A DNA stretch of 28,066 bases from Fibrobacterota bacterium (GTDB lineage: Bacteria; Fibrobacterota; Fibrobacteria; UBA11236): positions 1 to 28,066 of the forward strand of contig JAYUVP010000243.1 of NCBI GenBank assembly GCA_043753995.1, read 5' to 3'. A model generated the notes under the pieces. That model saw only the letters and a program-made list of their open reading frames with translations, ran no database searches and was not told the DNA's origin. Shown piece by piece: positions 27,279 to 28,066 of this stretch. Position numbers and translations under genes: made by a program. Numbering within the stretch: the stretch's first letter is position 1; each line of letters begins with the position of its first letter.

Positions 27279-27973
27279 GGAATTCCCGCGGTCTTATGCC
27301 CAAAGTCACCTCTTGCCTGGCCCTTTTGGGCGGACTTAGCCTCGTCGCCTGCATGACCAAGGACAAGCAAGGGCAGGGTCAGCGTGTGGCGCCGCCCTGG
27401 GACAATGGCCAAGAAACCCTTTTGCAATTAGAGGGCTATGCCCGCTCCGGCAGCGACACCTTATTTCAAATTTTCAAAACCATTGAATCCATAGACAGCG
27501 CTGCCGGACCTCGCCAGCAATGGCAATATGAACCCGGCTCGCCGGACACCTTACGTGTGCAGCATTTGGTGGACACGAATTTCGTTTTCCCGGACCAAGC
27601 TGCCGATGTCTATGCCTATGCCTATGATGAAACCTATCGCGACGATACCTTATTCCGTTTGGCTTACGGCAATGGCCTCTATACCGAGGAGCATCCCTGC
27701 GCCGAAGTGTGGATTATCACCACGCCCTTTATCCATCCCGTGCGTTGGCTTAAGGCGGGCATGAGCGAACAGGACATTGAAGGCACCATGGGCCGCCCCT
27801 CTTTAAGGCATCCCGGAGCCTTGCGCTATTTATATCGCGACGATCCGGAAGTCGATATAGCTGGGGGTGGAGACAAAATACCCAGGGAACAAAGGGTTGA
27901 AGGCGTGCATTTTTATTTCCAGCAAGACAGTCTTTTCGCTGCCGTTTTTCAGCGCAGTCGACCTTGCCATTGA
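27275..27973 (+). CDS. Hypothetical lipoprotein
   Basis: Lipobox LVAC. C-terminal LKAGMSEQDIEGTMGRP resembles SmpA/BamE/BLIP-type motifs. Confidence 0.72.
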   Translation: MRNSRGLMPKVTSCLALLGGLSLVACMTKDKQGQGQRVAPPWDNGQETLLQLEGYARSGSDTLFQIFKTIESIDSAAGPRQQWQYEPGSPDTLRVQHLVDTNFVFPDQAADVYAYAYDETYRDDTLFRLAYGNGLYTEEHPCAEVWIITTPFIHPVRWLKAGMSEQDIEGTMGRPSLRHPGALRYLYRDDPEVDIAGGGDKIPREQRVEGVHFYFQQDSLFAAVFQRSRPCH

Positions 27974-28000
27974 TTCGAGCCGGCCTTAAAAGCCGCAAAT

Positions 28001-28035
28001 AAAAAAGCCCCTCCGGCGTGAACCGAAGGGGCTTT
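28001..28035 (-). terminator. Intrinsic terminator after the tRNA, probably bidirectional
   Basis: Minus strand reads AAAGCCCCTTCGG-ttcacg-CCGGAGGGGCTTTTTT, a stem with one G-U pair and a U tract. Confidence 0.85.
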
Positions 28036-28038
28036 CCC

Positions 28039-28066
28039 TGGACGATACTGGACTCGAACCAGTGAC
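28039..28066 (-). tRNA. 3' portion of a tRNA (probably tRNA-Val; anticodon outside the window; CCA not encoded)
   Basis: Minus strand GTC-ACTGG-TTCGAGT-CCAGT-ATCGTCC-A gives the T-arm, the 3' acceptor strand and discriminator A. Confidence 0.85.

Noticed and set aside
20172..28066. tRNA-anchored genomic island covering the surface-protein genes
   Set aside because: No integrase or transposase is present, and I found no second copy of the tRNA 3' end near the hemL boundary.
1..28066. CRISPR arrays, insertion sequences, prophage or defence genes
   Set aside because: I saw no regularly spaced repeats, transposases or phage/defence domains, and intergenic gaps are all short.

Overview
Gene-dense bacterial chromosomal window. 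A Fibrobacterota-like origin is only an inference from the style of the secreted proteins. From left to right: the 3' end of a C4 zinc-ribbon protein gene; a minus-strand run of mutL, an M6 metalloprotease and a secreted hypothetical protein; a sulfur operon (CymR-like Rrf2 regulator, cysH, cysK, MoeB/ThiF) converging on a GT-C glycosyltransferase, DJ-1/PfpI and TauE; hslO; a long plus-strand run of pseudo-receiver/RsbW-type kinase, dnaX, ybaB, HemX/CcsA-like, hemA, hemC and an in-frame HemD-HemL fusion; two tandem paralogous two-gene cassettes (helical protein with a C-terminal membrane anchor plus a PKD/Ig lipoprotein); two hypothetical exported proteins; and the 3' end of a tRNA with its terminator. 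The larger PKD/Ig lipoprotein is frameshifted by an apparent deletion. The most notable items are the duplicated cassette, the HemD-HemL fusion, a ~150-nt rod-like intergenic structure, a candidate dnaX -1 frameshift site and several non-canonical translation signals.
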